DNA from: Adineta vaga
Lineage: Eukaryota > Animalia > Rotifera
Direction of reading: 5' to 3'
Length of the DNA: 64,000 bases
NCBI GenBank assembly: GCA_021613535.1
Contig: CP075493.1
Span: 4,340,001 to 4,404,000, forward strand
Position numbers and translations under genes: made by a program. Numbering within the stretch: the first letter of the stretch is position 1; each line of letters begins with the position of its first letter. Of the stretch, positions 23,476 through 34,919 are shown one piece after another. The notes beneath the pieces are model-generated. The model was not told where the DNA came from. It did no database searches and saw only the letters and a program-made list of their open reading frames with translations.

Positions 23476-24996
23476 TTACTTTTTCACAATTTGACATGAA
23501 ACTAATTGCTTGGAAATATAGTCAAGAAGTCGTTTTGATTCCATTACAGATTCTGTCCAACTAGTCGTATATTCTTGTTCATCTTCATGAGTAAATTTGA
23601 TACCATTTTGTATAGCAATTAAATATCGAAATGATTCATTCTCAAAAAAGAATGTATTGCTTCGATCAAATTTGATGTTATTCAATGAATATGATATGAA
23701 CATATTTCGTATTGAGGATGCCGTCTTGCCTGGACTATAGAATGTCGTTAAAGCATTAGTAAAACAAAAAATCACATTCCGATAAGCTTGTGTACCTAAA
23801 CGCTTTAGTAATTGAACAAAACAGGATTGTAAATCATTCAATAATCGTGATTCATCTGGTTGAAGAAGAAGACAAATGGCATCTAAATGTGTTAGATTAT
23901 TAACATAATCTAAAATATGTTTTGTATTAGCAGAATTCGTTGAATGAACACTTCCACTATCTTGAAAACTAGGTGTATCGATTAGACATAATTTTTTTCC
24001 ATTATTTCGTTGAAGATCAAATATATAGGTTTGGCAACCTGGACGCTTCGGAGACTTGATATCACCGAGTTGAACTGTACGTGTTTCAAAATAGTTGTTC
24101 GATGTGACAGCAAACGAGAGAGGTTTCAAGACAACAGATTTCTTCGATAGAGCTTCATCAAATGTTTGATATTTGATATAATTAACAAAAGCATTGATAA
24201 ATGTTGATTTGCCAACACCTTCATGAGCGAGTAAAAGAATGTTGAGATTTGGATTAACTGGTGGTGAACTTGAAAATGCTTGGAAAAGAGGAAATGGAGG
24301 TTCTGTTTCTTCTATCTCAATAATACGCAGTCCATTTCCAGCATTGCATGATGTACGAACTTTAAATTGTCGAGCAGGATAAAGTAAGACTTCTTGTTCT
24401 GATTGAAAATGTGAATGTCTACTAATATCTATTGCACTGCGACATAAAATATTAAAAATTGTTCGTTCTCCATCTTGACCCACATGACTTTCGAGAACTT
24501 TCATCGACATTGTACAGGATGAAAATGACCACCAAATAAATTCTTTTCCTTTGTGATAATTTTGACTCAAATCTAGTTTTATTCCACGATAGATAACTCG
24601 TGGTGAACTAATTGGAAGTTTTGAAAGAGCATGTATGACAAGATGTAGATATGAAAACCAAGGTATTAATTTTCGTCGATCTTCAGAACGTAGATTTGCG
24701 TTCAGAATATGATAGAATGAACTTTCTTGAGGTGTCCACTCTAATGTATAAAGCATAATCGATGCTGATTCATCCGATGAGAGACCATCTTTTGGATGAG
24801 TACAGTTAGGTTCTATAGTCCAAAGCATTTGATCAATTTGTGGTACAAGAGATTTTAGTGGTACTATAGCTTCTTTTAGCGAAACTGAAGGTGTTTTTTC
24901 GAATCCTTGTATTGGTGGTAATCGTCTTTCAGATGCATTTGGGACATCGGAGAAACGAGATTCACTTTCATGTATAGTACCATAGCCAGAACTCAT
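23476..24996 (-). CDS. ADP-ribosyltransferase (R-S-E clade) fused to a P-loop GTPase-like domain
   Basis: ART motifs 'IYRG', 'WSFSSCT', 'FQSEQEVLL'. C-terminal 'NILLLAHEGVGKSTFINAF', 'LIDTPSF', 'NVIFCFTNA' (septin/AIG1-like G domain). Confidence 0.85.
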   Translation of the reverse strand: MSSGYGTIHESESRFSDVPNASERRLPPIQGFEKTPSVSLKEAIVPLKSLVPQIDQMLWTIEPNCTHPKDGLSSDESASIMLYTLEWTPQESSFYHILNANLRSEDRRKLIPWFSYLHLVIHALSKLPISSPRVIYRGIKLDLSQNYHKGKEFIWWSFSSCTMSMKVLESHVGQDGERTIFNILCRSAIDISRHSHFQSEQEVLLYPARQFKVRTSCNAGNGLRIIEIEETEPPFPLFQAFSSSPPVNPNLNILLLAHEGVGKSTFINAFVNYIKYQTFDEALSKKSVVLKPLSFAVTSNNYFETRTVQLGDIKSPKRPGCQTYIFDLQRNNGKKLCLIDTPSFQDSGSVHSTNSANTKHILDYVNNLTHLDAICLLLQPDESRLLNDLQSCFVQLLKRLGTQAYRNVIFCFTNALTTFYSPGKTASSIRNMFISYSLNNIKFDRSNTFFFENESFRYLIAIQNGIKFTHEDEQEYTTSWTESVMESKRLLDYISKQLVSCQIVKK

Positions 24997-25645
24997 TCAG
25001 GCTGGATTCAATTAATTTTTTCGAATGTTAACTTAACGACAAAAAAACTTGCTATCGTCTTCTGCAACTATTCAAAAGTAAAACAACAAAATGATGTTTT
25101 TTCTTTCTTTTCTTCCTTGCAACATACGATTGAGAAGGACACGTGTTTGTCTTAAGAATACCATTAAAACTCACGATAACTATCAAGAAATTTTCATCAC
25201 CTATGACTGCACTATAAAGCATTATTATGCAAAGAAAACTAATTCGTCATAATCTTCGATAAAATCAAATCTATTTATTTAGAACTATAAATGATGTTAG
25301 TTGTTTTCTTTTGTTTCAATAATATAACATTTTGTACAGTCATCCTTCGATATATATTTTTTTCAAATATATGTCATTATGTGCACGAGCTTTCTTCGCT
25401 TTTCTCGTTACTATTTTGTTGATCAATTAATAGTCCGTGATTACGGTTCTTCTTTAAAATTACGTGAAACGACTATCACTTGAATAGGAAAAGACGTAAT
25501 AGTTAATAACAATTCAAAAATGTTCAAGAATTTTTTTATATGTCGCTGATTTTTAGACATGATTCGATATAGATTTACCAATGCTTTTTTATTATTTAAA
25601 TCGTCAAGTTTAACTTCGACAGAAAATCGAGATCATATAAAAAAA

Positions 25646-26091
25646 TCATGTCGTTTTATGAATATTTAAAACATTAATATTCACTATACTATCAGCATCA
25701 TCTTCATCTGGTACAGTCACACGGTAATCATTCATATACCGATCACCATTCGAACAAGTTATGTGTGCCGAAAGTGCCAGAAAATTTGATGGTACAGTAG
25801 TGACCGATGGAAATGTCAAACGATATGAGATAGGAAATGATGCAACATTGGGATATTGAACACTCGCTAGAACAGGAGCTGCACCATCAGCTATACCTAC
25901 ATTACTTAATTGAATGAGAAGTTGACAATCCTTCGGCAAAGAAGTAGTTCTTGTTGAATTGCCATTCAATAACACACGTCCGGAGATAGTTCTACCAACT
26001 TTAAAGAACCGAAATGTTCATTAGAATCATTGAGAGGCGATGACTTACCAACAAGATGTGTTAGACAAACGAAAAGAAGTAGACGAAACAT
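25646..26091 (-). CDS. Secreted YbaY/YscW-like protein, 2 exons
   Basis: Signal exon MFRLLLFVCLTHLV|, then 'TISGRV...SLPKDCQLLIQLSNVGIADGAAPVLAS...FPISYRL...LSAHI...YMND', the pattern of the bacterial YbaY lipoprotein domain. Confidence 0.65.
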
Positions 26092-26534
26092 TCCAATACG
26101 AAAATGAATTCAACTTTAACTGATTTTTTACACGAACAGAAAAGTAAGTGTTGGTTGCCGTTTTAAATACGATGACAATCAATGAGTAAATAAATTTCAC
26201 GACAAAATGCAAATAAGCATTAAATATTTTTATTTGCGTATATACAGAGACCACTCTCAACGATGAATAAAGTAAATAATTAGTATATTTACGAATAAAA
26301 ATAGTCATACAAAAGACTCGTTTGCATATATCCATACAAAACAGCATTAGACCGTAAAATAGAAAGTAAGTGAGAATTTGAATTGAAAATATTCAATTTT
26401 CTGGTCAATGCACATCAAATAAAACATTATCATCTTGAAAATTTCATCACAGGTTTTATCCATATACCAAAGAAATGATTTTCAAGTATAAAAAGAAATA
26501 CAGACATATTCTTTTTAATGAAAGATAAAACCTA

Positions 26535-27479
26535 TTATTGAATAATGATATCTCTCTTTACAAGTGCTGTTATATAGAATGTAGTTGGTTGAACACGTCT
26601 TGTTGATCTTTGGAAAGAGAAGATTTGAATAAGATTTGTTCGAAGTTCAGGTAATGATAATACACAAACGAAAGGAAATAGAGGAATCATAAAATAACTA
26701 ATGGATGTAGTATAATGTCCGATATGAATACTTAATTTCGATGTTAACTTAAACTGAGCCATTGTGTACGCTAAAGTTGCAGGAATATAAAAAATGATAT
26801 AAAGAGATGCAATTGATAAAACTTGAATTGTCATCTTTCGATATTTTCGCCATTGAACTCGTTGATGTAGTCGATGTTTTCGATGTAAAACACGTAGTAA
26901 TAATGCACCACTGAATATGAGAATTGTGAATACTGATAACATTTGATGAACAATTGCTTCCCACATAGTATACAACTTTGTTTGATTTAAACATGATATA
27001 ACGCAAAGCATTGAATAATGATTGACGATATTTTGACAAGGTGGAGAAAATGTAATAATGAAATAGAAGACTAAACCATAGACAAGAATTACTAGAGGAG
27101 GGAGATAATGAATAAAGAAACGTTTCGTTTTTGTTGATAAATATTTCTCATGAAATATGAGAATATGTCGTTCAATTGTTGCCCAAGCGAAAAGCATCGT
27201 ATGAGTAATATAAAATCCCCAATCAAGAAATGCCCAAGTTTCACAGAAAAGTAATGATCTTTTCCATTGACCTTCATGTTGATAGTAATAAAGCATCCAT
27301 GGATAATTTGTTACTTCGGAAATGAAGCCAAGAAGTAAAATAAATCTGATGACATAATTATGAAGAGCATGGCGTAGAATTCGATCAAAAAACAGATGAT
27401 ACAATACAAATAATGAACAAACAATAGATAATATTAAAATGATTAGATATGATAAGAAGATAATATTAGGAGGTATCAT
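26535..27479 (-). CDS. Rhodopsin-like orphan GPCR
   Basis: 7 hydrophobic segments, 'AWATIERHILIFH' (DRY equivalent), 'PFVCVLSLPELR'. Confidence 0.85.
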   Translation of the reverse strand: MIPPNIIFLSYLIILILSIVCSLFVLYHLFFDRILRHALHNYVIRFILLLGFISEVTNYPWMLYYYQHEGQWKRSLLFCETWAFLDWGFYITHTMLFAWATIERHILIFHEKYLSTKTKRFFIHYLPPLVILVYGLVFYFIITFSPPCQNIVNHYSMLCVISCLNQTKLYTMWEAIVHQMLSVFTILIFSGALLLRVLHRKHRLHQRVQWRKYRKMTIQVLSIASLYIIFYIPATLAYTMAQFKLTSKLSIHIGHYTTSISYFMIPLFPFVCVLSLPELRTNLIQIFSFQRSTRRVQPTTFYITALVKRDIIIQ

Positions 27480-27622
27480 TGTTCGTTGATGGAAATATAG
27501 ATGGAAATGTGAAGCGAAAAAGAAAGAAAGAAAACAGAGTTAATTTGATGACGTGACAAATACTAAGACATGTTTCTCGTTAGCGATGTTTGAGAATTGA
27601 AAAACAAAAGAAAGAAAAGAAA

Positions 27623-28616
27623 TCATCGTTTGGAATTGTTCACAATTGTTCCCAATGGAATCATAAGAGGAACAACGCGTCTTTCATGTCGTCGTATTGG
27701 TAAGATCTTGATTAATTTACTTCGAAGTTCAGGTAATGATAAACCACAAACAAAAGGCAAAGTTGGTAAGAGAAGATAACTGAGGAATGCCAAATATTCT
27801 CGAATCACCGAATGTGGAATAAGGATAGGTGCATAGATCAGCAAGGAGCGCTATGACATATGGTAAAAAGAAGGTGATATATAGAGATGCAATGGATATT
27901 AATTGAATTGTCATCTTTCGATGTTTTCGCCATTGAAATGGTCGTCGCATTCGATGTTTTTGCCAAACAACACGTGCTAATAATGTGCTACTGAATAAGA
28001 GAATGATGAAAGTCGGCAATACTTGATGAACAATCGCTTCCCAGGCGGAAACTATTTGTGTGCCTGACACACATGTACTAGTGCATATCATAAGCTCAGG
28101 AATAATGAACTGTTGACAGGGTGGAAAAAAATAAACAATACTGTAGAAAATGAGACAATAACTGAGAAGGATGCCAGCAGGAAAATAATGGACAAGGATA
28201 CGTTTATTTCGTGTGGCTACCCAATTATCATAGAAAATAAGAATATGTCGTTCGATTGTTGCCCAAGCAAAAAGTATCGTTTGAGTAACATACAATCCCC
28301 AATCAAGAAATGCCCAAGTTTCACAAAAAATCAATGATCTTTCCCACTGACCTTGATATTGATAGTAATAAAGCATCCATGGATAATTTGTTATTTCACA
28401 AATAAGACCAATAACCATAATAAGAATGGTAATATGATTCATAAGTGTATGACGAAGAACTGAACTAAAAAGAAGATGATAAAGAACAAAGAATGAACAT
28501 ATAATCGATGGAATAAGAATGGATAAAAATAACCAAAATCTCGTTGTATAAGAGATTAACGGATAATAGCTACTTGTTAAACTAATGTTCTCGAAAGCAT
28601 AATTTTCATCCGACAT
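27623..28616 (-). CDS. Rhodopsin-like orphan GPCR with apparent frameshift before TM7
   Basis: Paralogue of its neighbours. TM7 'LSYLLLPTLPFVCGLSLPELRSKL' lies in a different frame (ORF 27623-27844), with the shift near 27800-27810. Confidence 0.75.
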
Positions 28617-28881
28617 TTATGTGATAGTATGAAATATGTAGATATCTGTTATTCAAATACAACTAGTGTATAGAGATCAAGAATGAATTTTGCGATTTGT
28701 ATATGTTCTACAATATGAATAATTTTAAAGTAATAGGAACTTGAATACTGAATTAATTGTGTATATTATCTAAAAAACACGAACACAATTACATATTTTC
28801 AACATTTAAAGAAGTAAATGCATATAGTTTTAGTTTTTTTATGAAAACTACTCAAGCATATTTCAATGCATAATGTATCAT

Positions 28882-29829
28882 TTATTGAACATGAACTCGA
28901 TTATTTACAATGGGTCTTACGAATGCTAATCTTGGATGAATTGTTCGTGTCAACCATCGATATAAATATAGTAGATTTGTTATTCTTCTTCGAAGTGCAG
29001 GTAAAGAAAATAGAGAAACAAACGGAAAAAGCAAAACAAAAAGATAAGTGAAAAAATTTGCATATGGCAGCATACATCCGTAGACATCATATGCCCAACC
29101 AAGCAGATACAATATAGTAACTAATGCAAATGGAAATGAAAATATGAGGTAGAGAAATGAAATGGCCAACATTTGAATTGTCATTTTTCGATATCTTCGC
29201 CATTGAATTGGTCGACGTACACGATATCTATGGTAAAGAGTACGAAGTAATAGAATAATACTGGATAAAACAATGATAAAGACCGGTAACAATTGATGAA
29301 CAATAGTTTCCCACATGGACAATTCATAGTTATAGAGTGCACAGAAAAATACACAGATCATATCATAGTCGAAATAGAGATTGTCACATGGTGGAAAGAA
29401 ATCGATAATAACATAGAAGAGAAGACAATACAAGAGTAGTAAGACGGGAGGAAGATAATGAACAAACAAACGTTTGATTCTAGTTGATACCCAATGATCA
29501 TGAAAGATGAGAATATGTCTTTCTATAGTTACCCAAGCAAATAGAATTGTTTGTGTGACATATAGACCCCAATCGAGAAATCCCCACAATGTACAAAAAA
29601 AAGGTGATCTTTCCCAAATATCATCATAGTTGTAGAAATAAAGCATCCATGGATAAATAGTTAATTGAGAAATGAGACTAATGATTAGAAGAAGAATGAT
29701 GACATGATTACTGAGAGTATGTCGAAGAGTTCGATCGAACAAGAGATGATATAGAACAAATAAAGTACATAGAATCGATGGAACCAGAAGAATAAGATAG
29801 GACCAAAATCGAATAGTAATGGAGATCAT
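28882..29829 (-). CDS. Rhodopsin-like orphan GPCR
   Basis: Same family: 'AWVTIERHILIFH', 'FFPPC', 'WRRYRKMTIQ', 'PFVSLFSLPALR'. Confidence 0.85.
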   Translation of the reverse strand: MISITIRFWSYLILLVPSILCTLFVLYHLLFDRTLRHTLSNHVIILLLIISLISQLTIYPWMLYFYNYDDIWERSPFFCTLWGFLDWGLYVTQTILFAWVTIERHILIFHDHWVSTRIKRLFVHYLPPVLLLLYCLLFYVIIDFFPPCDNLYFDYDMICVFFCALYNYELSMWETIVHQLLPVFIIVLSSIILLLRTLYHRYRVRRPIQWRRYRKMTIQMLAISFLYLIFSFPFALVTILYLLGWAYDVYGCMLPYANFFTYLFVLLFPFVSLFSLPALRRRITNLLYLYRWLTRTIHPRLAFVRPIVNNRVHVQ

Positions 29830-30559
29830 ATTTAGTTAGGAAGAGTAACAAGTGAATGTTGTCTTTTGTTTCATATTTCATAATATGAACAAGAAAGTAT
29901 CCTCAAGCATTTTTTCAAACAAGAGTTGATGAAAAGGAAATTTAATTATATGCGAGAAGTATACTTGTAAGAAATAGAATGTATATCTTTTTAATTAGTC
30001 TGAATGACCGTTATTTTTGGTAAGACGTATTATGAACAATGGTTGATTGAATTGAAATTCGAAACAGTTTTTCGAGTACAATCTTCCTGTACTGTGTTTA
30101 TCCATGAAATTAGGTTAATCGTAAGATTCAAATTTGTTTTTACATTTTTTGTTGCCTGGAAATTAGTTATGAATCAAGATACTTTGTGTAATTGAATTTA
30201 TACTGTCCTCGAAAAAAACTGATTCTCTTAGACTTAAAGAAGAAGGCAACAGAATAGTATGATTTCATTAGTGAATATTAGTCATAATCATGATTTTTTT
30301 GTGTAATCATAAAACGTTTAAGTGCTGGTATCATGTCCTTGTTATGTATATCTCAAAAAGCAAAGTCAATATTTGTTTTTTGTTCTAAGCGTTTATGTGT
30401 AACGATCTTAAGATTTACCTTTCTATTTATCGAAATAAATCTCAGTTTTCGTCTTTTCTTTTTCAAAAACTAGACGACAGATATAAATTACAGTGTAAAG
30501 CTACTTTGTTTTTTTCTTATTTCAATCATTGATAAAGTTCGTTCGTCCGTCAAAATTCT

Positions 30560-33500
30560 ATGTATATGTCAAGAATTGATTTATATTTATGGTTTTTATC
30601 TCCAATTCTTTTCATTGTAAGATATTCTTGTTCTTAACTATATATTGGAATGTTGATATGCTCTAGGTGTACAGTGCATCAATTACTATCAATCGTAAGT
30701 ATCAAACTTTTACTGGTCGTGAGGGTACTTTCTGAACTACAGAATAATTGAATTTTTTATTCTTAATTTAGCCAAAGATTCTTTGGCGACAAAAAACAAC
30801 TGTTCAAGCACAAATCTTTCTCAAGTGGTAATATTTGAGAATGAAACTTTTCTACATCATTGTCTTATTGAAAAAGTATTTTCAAATAATACTATTCATG
30901 GTATATGTGATTCTACTGGAGACACTACAGATCAAAATTGGATCCATTCAATCATGAAGAAAAACTTATCTCTTCGAACTCACACAAATACAAGCGACGT
31001 AGTTGAGGATACTTTTCTTTTGAAATTAATTCACAGATCCATGATTGATTCACAATACATTACATATGAATGTAATAGATTGAACTTATTTGATGATTGT
31101 CAATATATGTGTCTCAATTTCGAATCACTTTCGTTTTATCGAGTAATGTGGATATCATCTCCTATTTCAACGACAAACGAGACAAATAACAGTATTTTTG
31201 AAAAAACATATCCAATGAAAGATAAACGAATAGGTAAGAACGAAACGAAGTGTACTTCGAATGCATAAATATTATCATTTTAGAAGCTGATAGAGTAACA
31301 AATATGTATTTTATTGAGAGTTCAGCAGACAAGAAAATCGGATTTATTTATTTCACGCCACCTTTTAATAATTACACTTATATTCATCTGTTTTGCTATT
31401 CAGTCGACCACCAGTGTACCGACAGATATTCAACTTTACAGAATACGACAGGCAACTGTTCTGATTGTAATCATATTCAATTATATCCATTTATGCGTGG
31501 TATCAAGTATAATTGTCAAGCAACAACAATCAAAGAATACTCTGCTAATGTAACATCTGACATATTCGCTTTCAATACTATTAAGAGATCTCTATTCATC
31601 TTGTGCAACAAATATCTGTACATCGTATTTAGTTCTCGAGCCAGTTTTATACGATGGATCTATTACATTTAATATGAGCTCTATTTATCTAAACGTCATA
31701 TTACAAAGTGATTACTCCTCTGTCAAATTAGTTTGTAATACTGATTTCTGTTCACCATCGTCTACAGACTTTGGGCGTTGTTTAACAAGTTCAACATTCA
31801 CTGGTACTCTTGGATGTGATTATGATTGCTATTTTATAACAACGAAATCTAATTATATGGATCAATCTTCAACTAATTATAGATTAAGTTTTTGTAAGTA
31901 TGCTATTAGCTATTCAAGACGATCTTTAATCTTAATTCAATTGTAGTTCCTTGGAAACCAAATATTTTTCTAATGGAAAAAGGTTCTCGATGGATAACTA
32001 TTGCATGGTCACTTGACGAAAACACATATATACGATCATTTGAATTATTTGTCAACTCTACTTACCTTACAACGATCGGTTCATTAGAACGTTCTTATCG
32101 TTATGAAAATATTTTACCTAATAGAATGTATGTTTAATGACTTGGTGTCACTTTCTTTGTGCATAAGTCATTTTATTTTAGTTATACATTTCACATAAAA
32201 TTAAATTCAAATTATCCAATTGAATCAAGTCGAATTGATGTGAAAATATTAGAAGAAGGTAACTATCTTATTCAACAGCAGTCAATTTGAAATCCTCTCT
32301 ATTTATAAAGTACCTGAACGACCAACTCCTTATGAAATTGAAAGTAAAATTGTTCCTAAAGACGACGATATATTATCAACAAGCGAACAGTTTCTAATTG
32401 AAATTGATTTATCATTGTTCTCACATCAAAATGGATATGTATATAGCTATATGATTTACGTTCGTCGAGGTAAAATTTATATATTATTGCGAGAAAAATA
32501 TATTTCTTTCTATTATATCTTTAATAGATCAATTTAATTATAATTCAATACCTTATATAAATGGTACTTATGGTATTGCATGGGAAAATTCTTTTTATGA
32601 TTATTTAGCTACTATTATTCAGATAAATTCTCCAACGAAGCAATGTAAATATCAATAAAATAATACTATTGTTTTTTCATGTGTAGTTTTTCCATAGTTC
32701 GAAAAGCTCAAATGGTTTTAGGAAGTGAAAAAGAATGTTATTATACGTTTCCTTGTAATGGTAAATTGAAACCAAATACAAACTACAAGTAAAAGATCAA
32801 ACCCTACTGTTCTTTCGCTCTTTGACATTAAAATTTCATTTCAAGAATTCTTGTTGGTGGTTGCACAACGGCTGGCTGCACTTATGTATCATCGCGATCA
32901 TTTCGAACAAAGTCAAAATGTGAGTTATGGTTGTGATAGATTTTAATAATCTTTGTTTTTAGCTACAGCACAATCGTTCGCATGGGTTGCTGTATTTCCA
33001 TGTGTAGCAGTTCTCATCATTCTAGGTTTAATAATTTGGAAACGCAAGGCAATGATGAATTGTTGTTGTAGGAAAATAAACAGGTAATCCATAGCTGTAG
33101 AATATTGAATGATATATGTACTAATAATTTCTTTTAAAGAGATGATTCAAAACTGGTACATACGAATTCTTATGCGTAAGAGATTAAAATTGATTGATAT
33201 GAATAAATAAATTTCGAATAACTTTTTTTCTACGTAGTATAACACCAACAGCACCACCATTATATGTGTATACTTTTCCAGAAATGAAGTGAGTTTATTT
33301 GAATTCTAGTTTTGCACTCGAACATATATATTTTAGACCAAAACTATTAGTTCCGTATACGAATTTAACTGACGAAGATAAACGAAATCTTACTGATCAA
33401 TTCCAGGTTTAACTTTTCCTTAGTTTTACTTACAGAAACGAACGATTTCAATTTAGGAATTACAAAATCTTGCACCAAAATATGATTCGAAATCTGACAA

Positions 33501-34919
33501 ATATACCAATGGTCTATACGATCGATACAATGATATTCCATCGCGTGGTCCCTGTAAATCATCGATATTGATTTAATAGGAAAAAAAAAAACCTTCATTC
33601 ATTTTTTTCACAGGGAATAAAACTGCTGTTCGTTTAACTGATCCACATCGGCAACATGACTATATAAATGCCAATGAAATACAAGTAAATTCGAAGAAAA
33701 GAAAAAAGAATCGATTATATAATACAAATGTAGGGAGTCGATAGTCCTCATCAATATATTGCCTGTCAAGGTCCATTGAAGAATACATGTGAAGATTTTT
33801 GGGATATGATTTTTCAATATCAAATAAACAGAATTCTTATGCTAAGCAAATTTCATCAGGTATAGAAAAATTTCTTAGTAATACTAACTGTGGATATTGT
33901 TTTTTTTCTTCTCAAATAGATGAAATGTTATCCATATATTCCTATGGAAAAAAATCAAACGATTAATTTTGGTAAGAATAGAATTGAAGTGAAAAATATT
34001 CAATATGAATTGAATAATCAATTGGAAATTCGTCAATTATCTGTAAAACAAGTAAAAAGAAATATTAAACAATGAATTCAATACAAAAAAAAGAATCATT
34101 ATAACTTTTCTTTGTGCGAAGGGAATGAGAGAATTGCATGTTATTCATTATTGGTTTACAAATTGGTCTGGCTTTGATGTTATCCATAGTCGATCTTTGT
34201 TTGATTTAATTGAAATAGTTAATAGAAATCCAAGTGTACCAATTGCTATTCATTGCAGGTATAAATGAATTTGCAATGCATTTATCAAAGAACGTAAATC
34301 TTTTCGTTCAGTTCGGGTACTGGTCGTACAGGAACTTATATTACGATTGATATTATTATTCATTTATTAAATCAACCAAATATTGATCTATCAAAAATGA
34401 AACTTGATACAATGGGTATTGTTAATCAATTGAAACATGAAAGAATCAATATGGTTCAAACATCGGTATGAAATTCAGTTATAGATCAATATCGTTTGTA
34501 ACAAAATGATATGAACGTTTTTTTTAGGAACAATATTTATTTATTCATCGTTGTATTGAAGATTATCTGAAACGAATACATCGATTAAGTTCTTGTTAGA
34601 TAACTTTTTTTTTGTAGATTGTAAATCTATCCTCTTTTTATTTATTTATTTTCATTTAGTGAAAGGAGAATCAAATATATATGAACAAGTCGAAGATCAA
34701 AACGTTGATTTGAATGTTGAAAGCTATATGAATCTACGTCGTTCAAGAGAAATTTCTTATCAGGAAATACCTGAAATAACTACTGATCAACTTAATCACG
34801 GCTACTATTGTGTTCCAATTGATGAATCTCATCATCCCGAACCATTACCTACGCAACAATCAGAAACAACTCAATCCAAATTCGTAAATAAATGTAACAC
34901 GACTCATACTAATTTCTAA
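30560..34919 (+). CDS. Receptor-type protein tyrosine phosphatase (signal peptide, Cys/FN3-like ectodomain, TM, single PTP domain), many exons
   Basis: TM 'FAWVAVFPCVAVLIILGLIIWKRK'; PTP motifs 'DYINANEI', 'YIACQGPLKNTCEDFWDMI', 'KCYPY', 'IHC|SSGTGRTGTY', 'RINMVQTS|EQYLFIH'. Confidence 0.85.
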
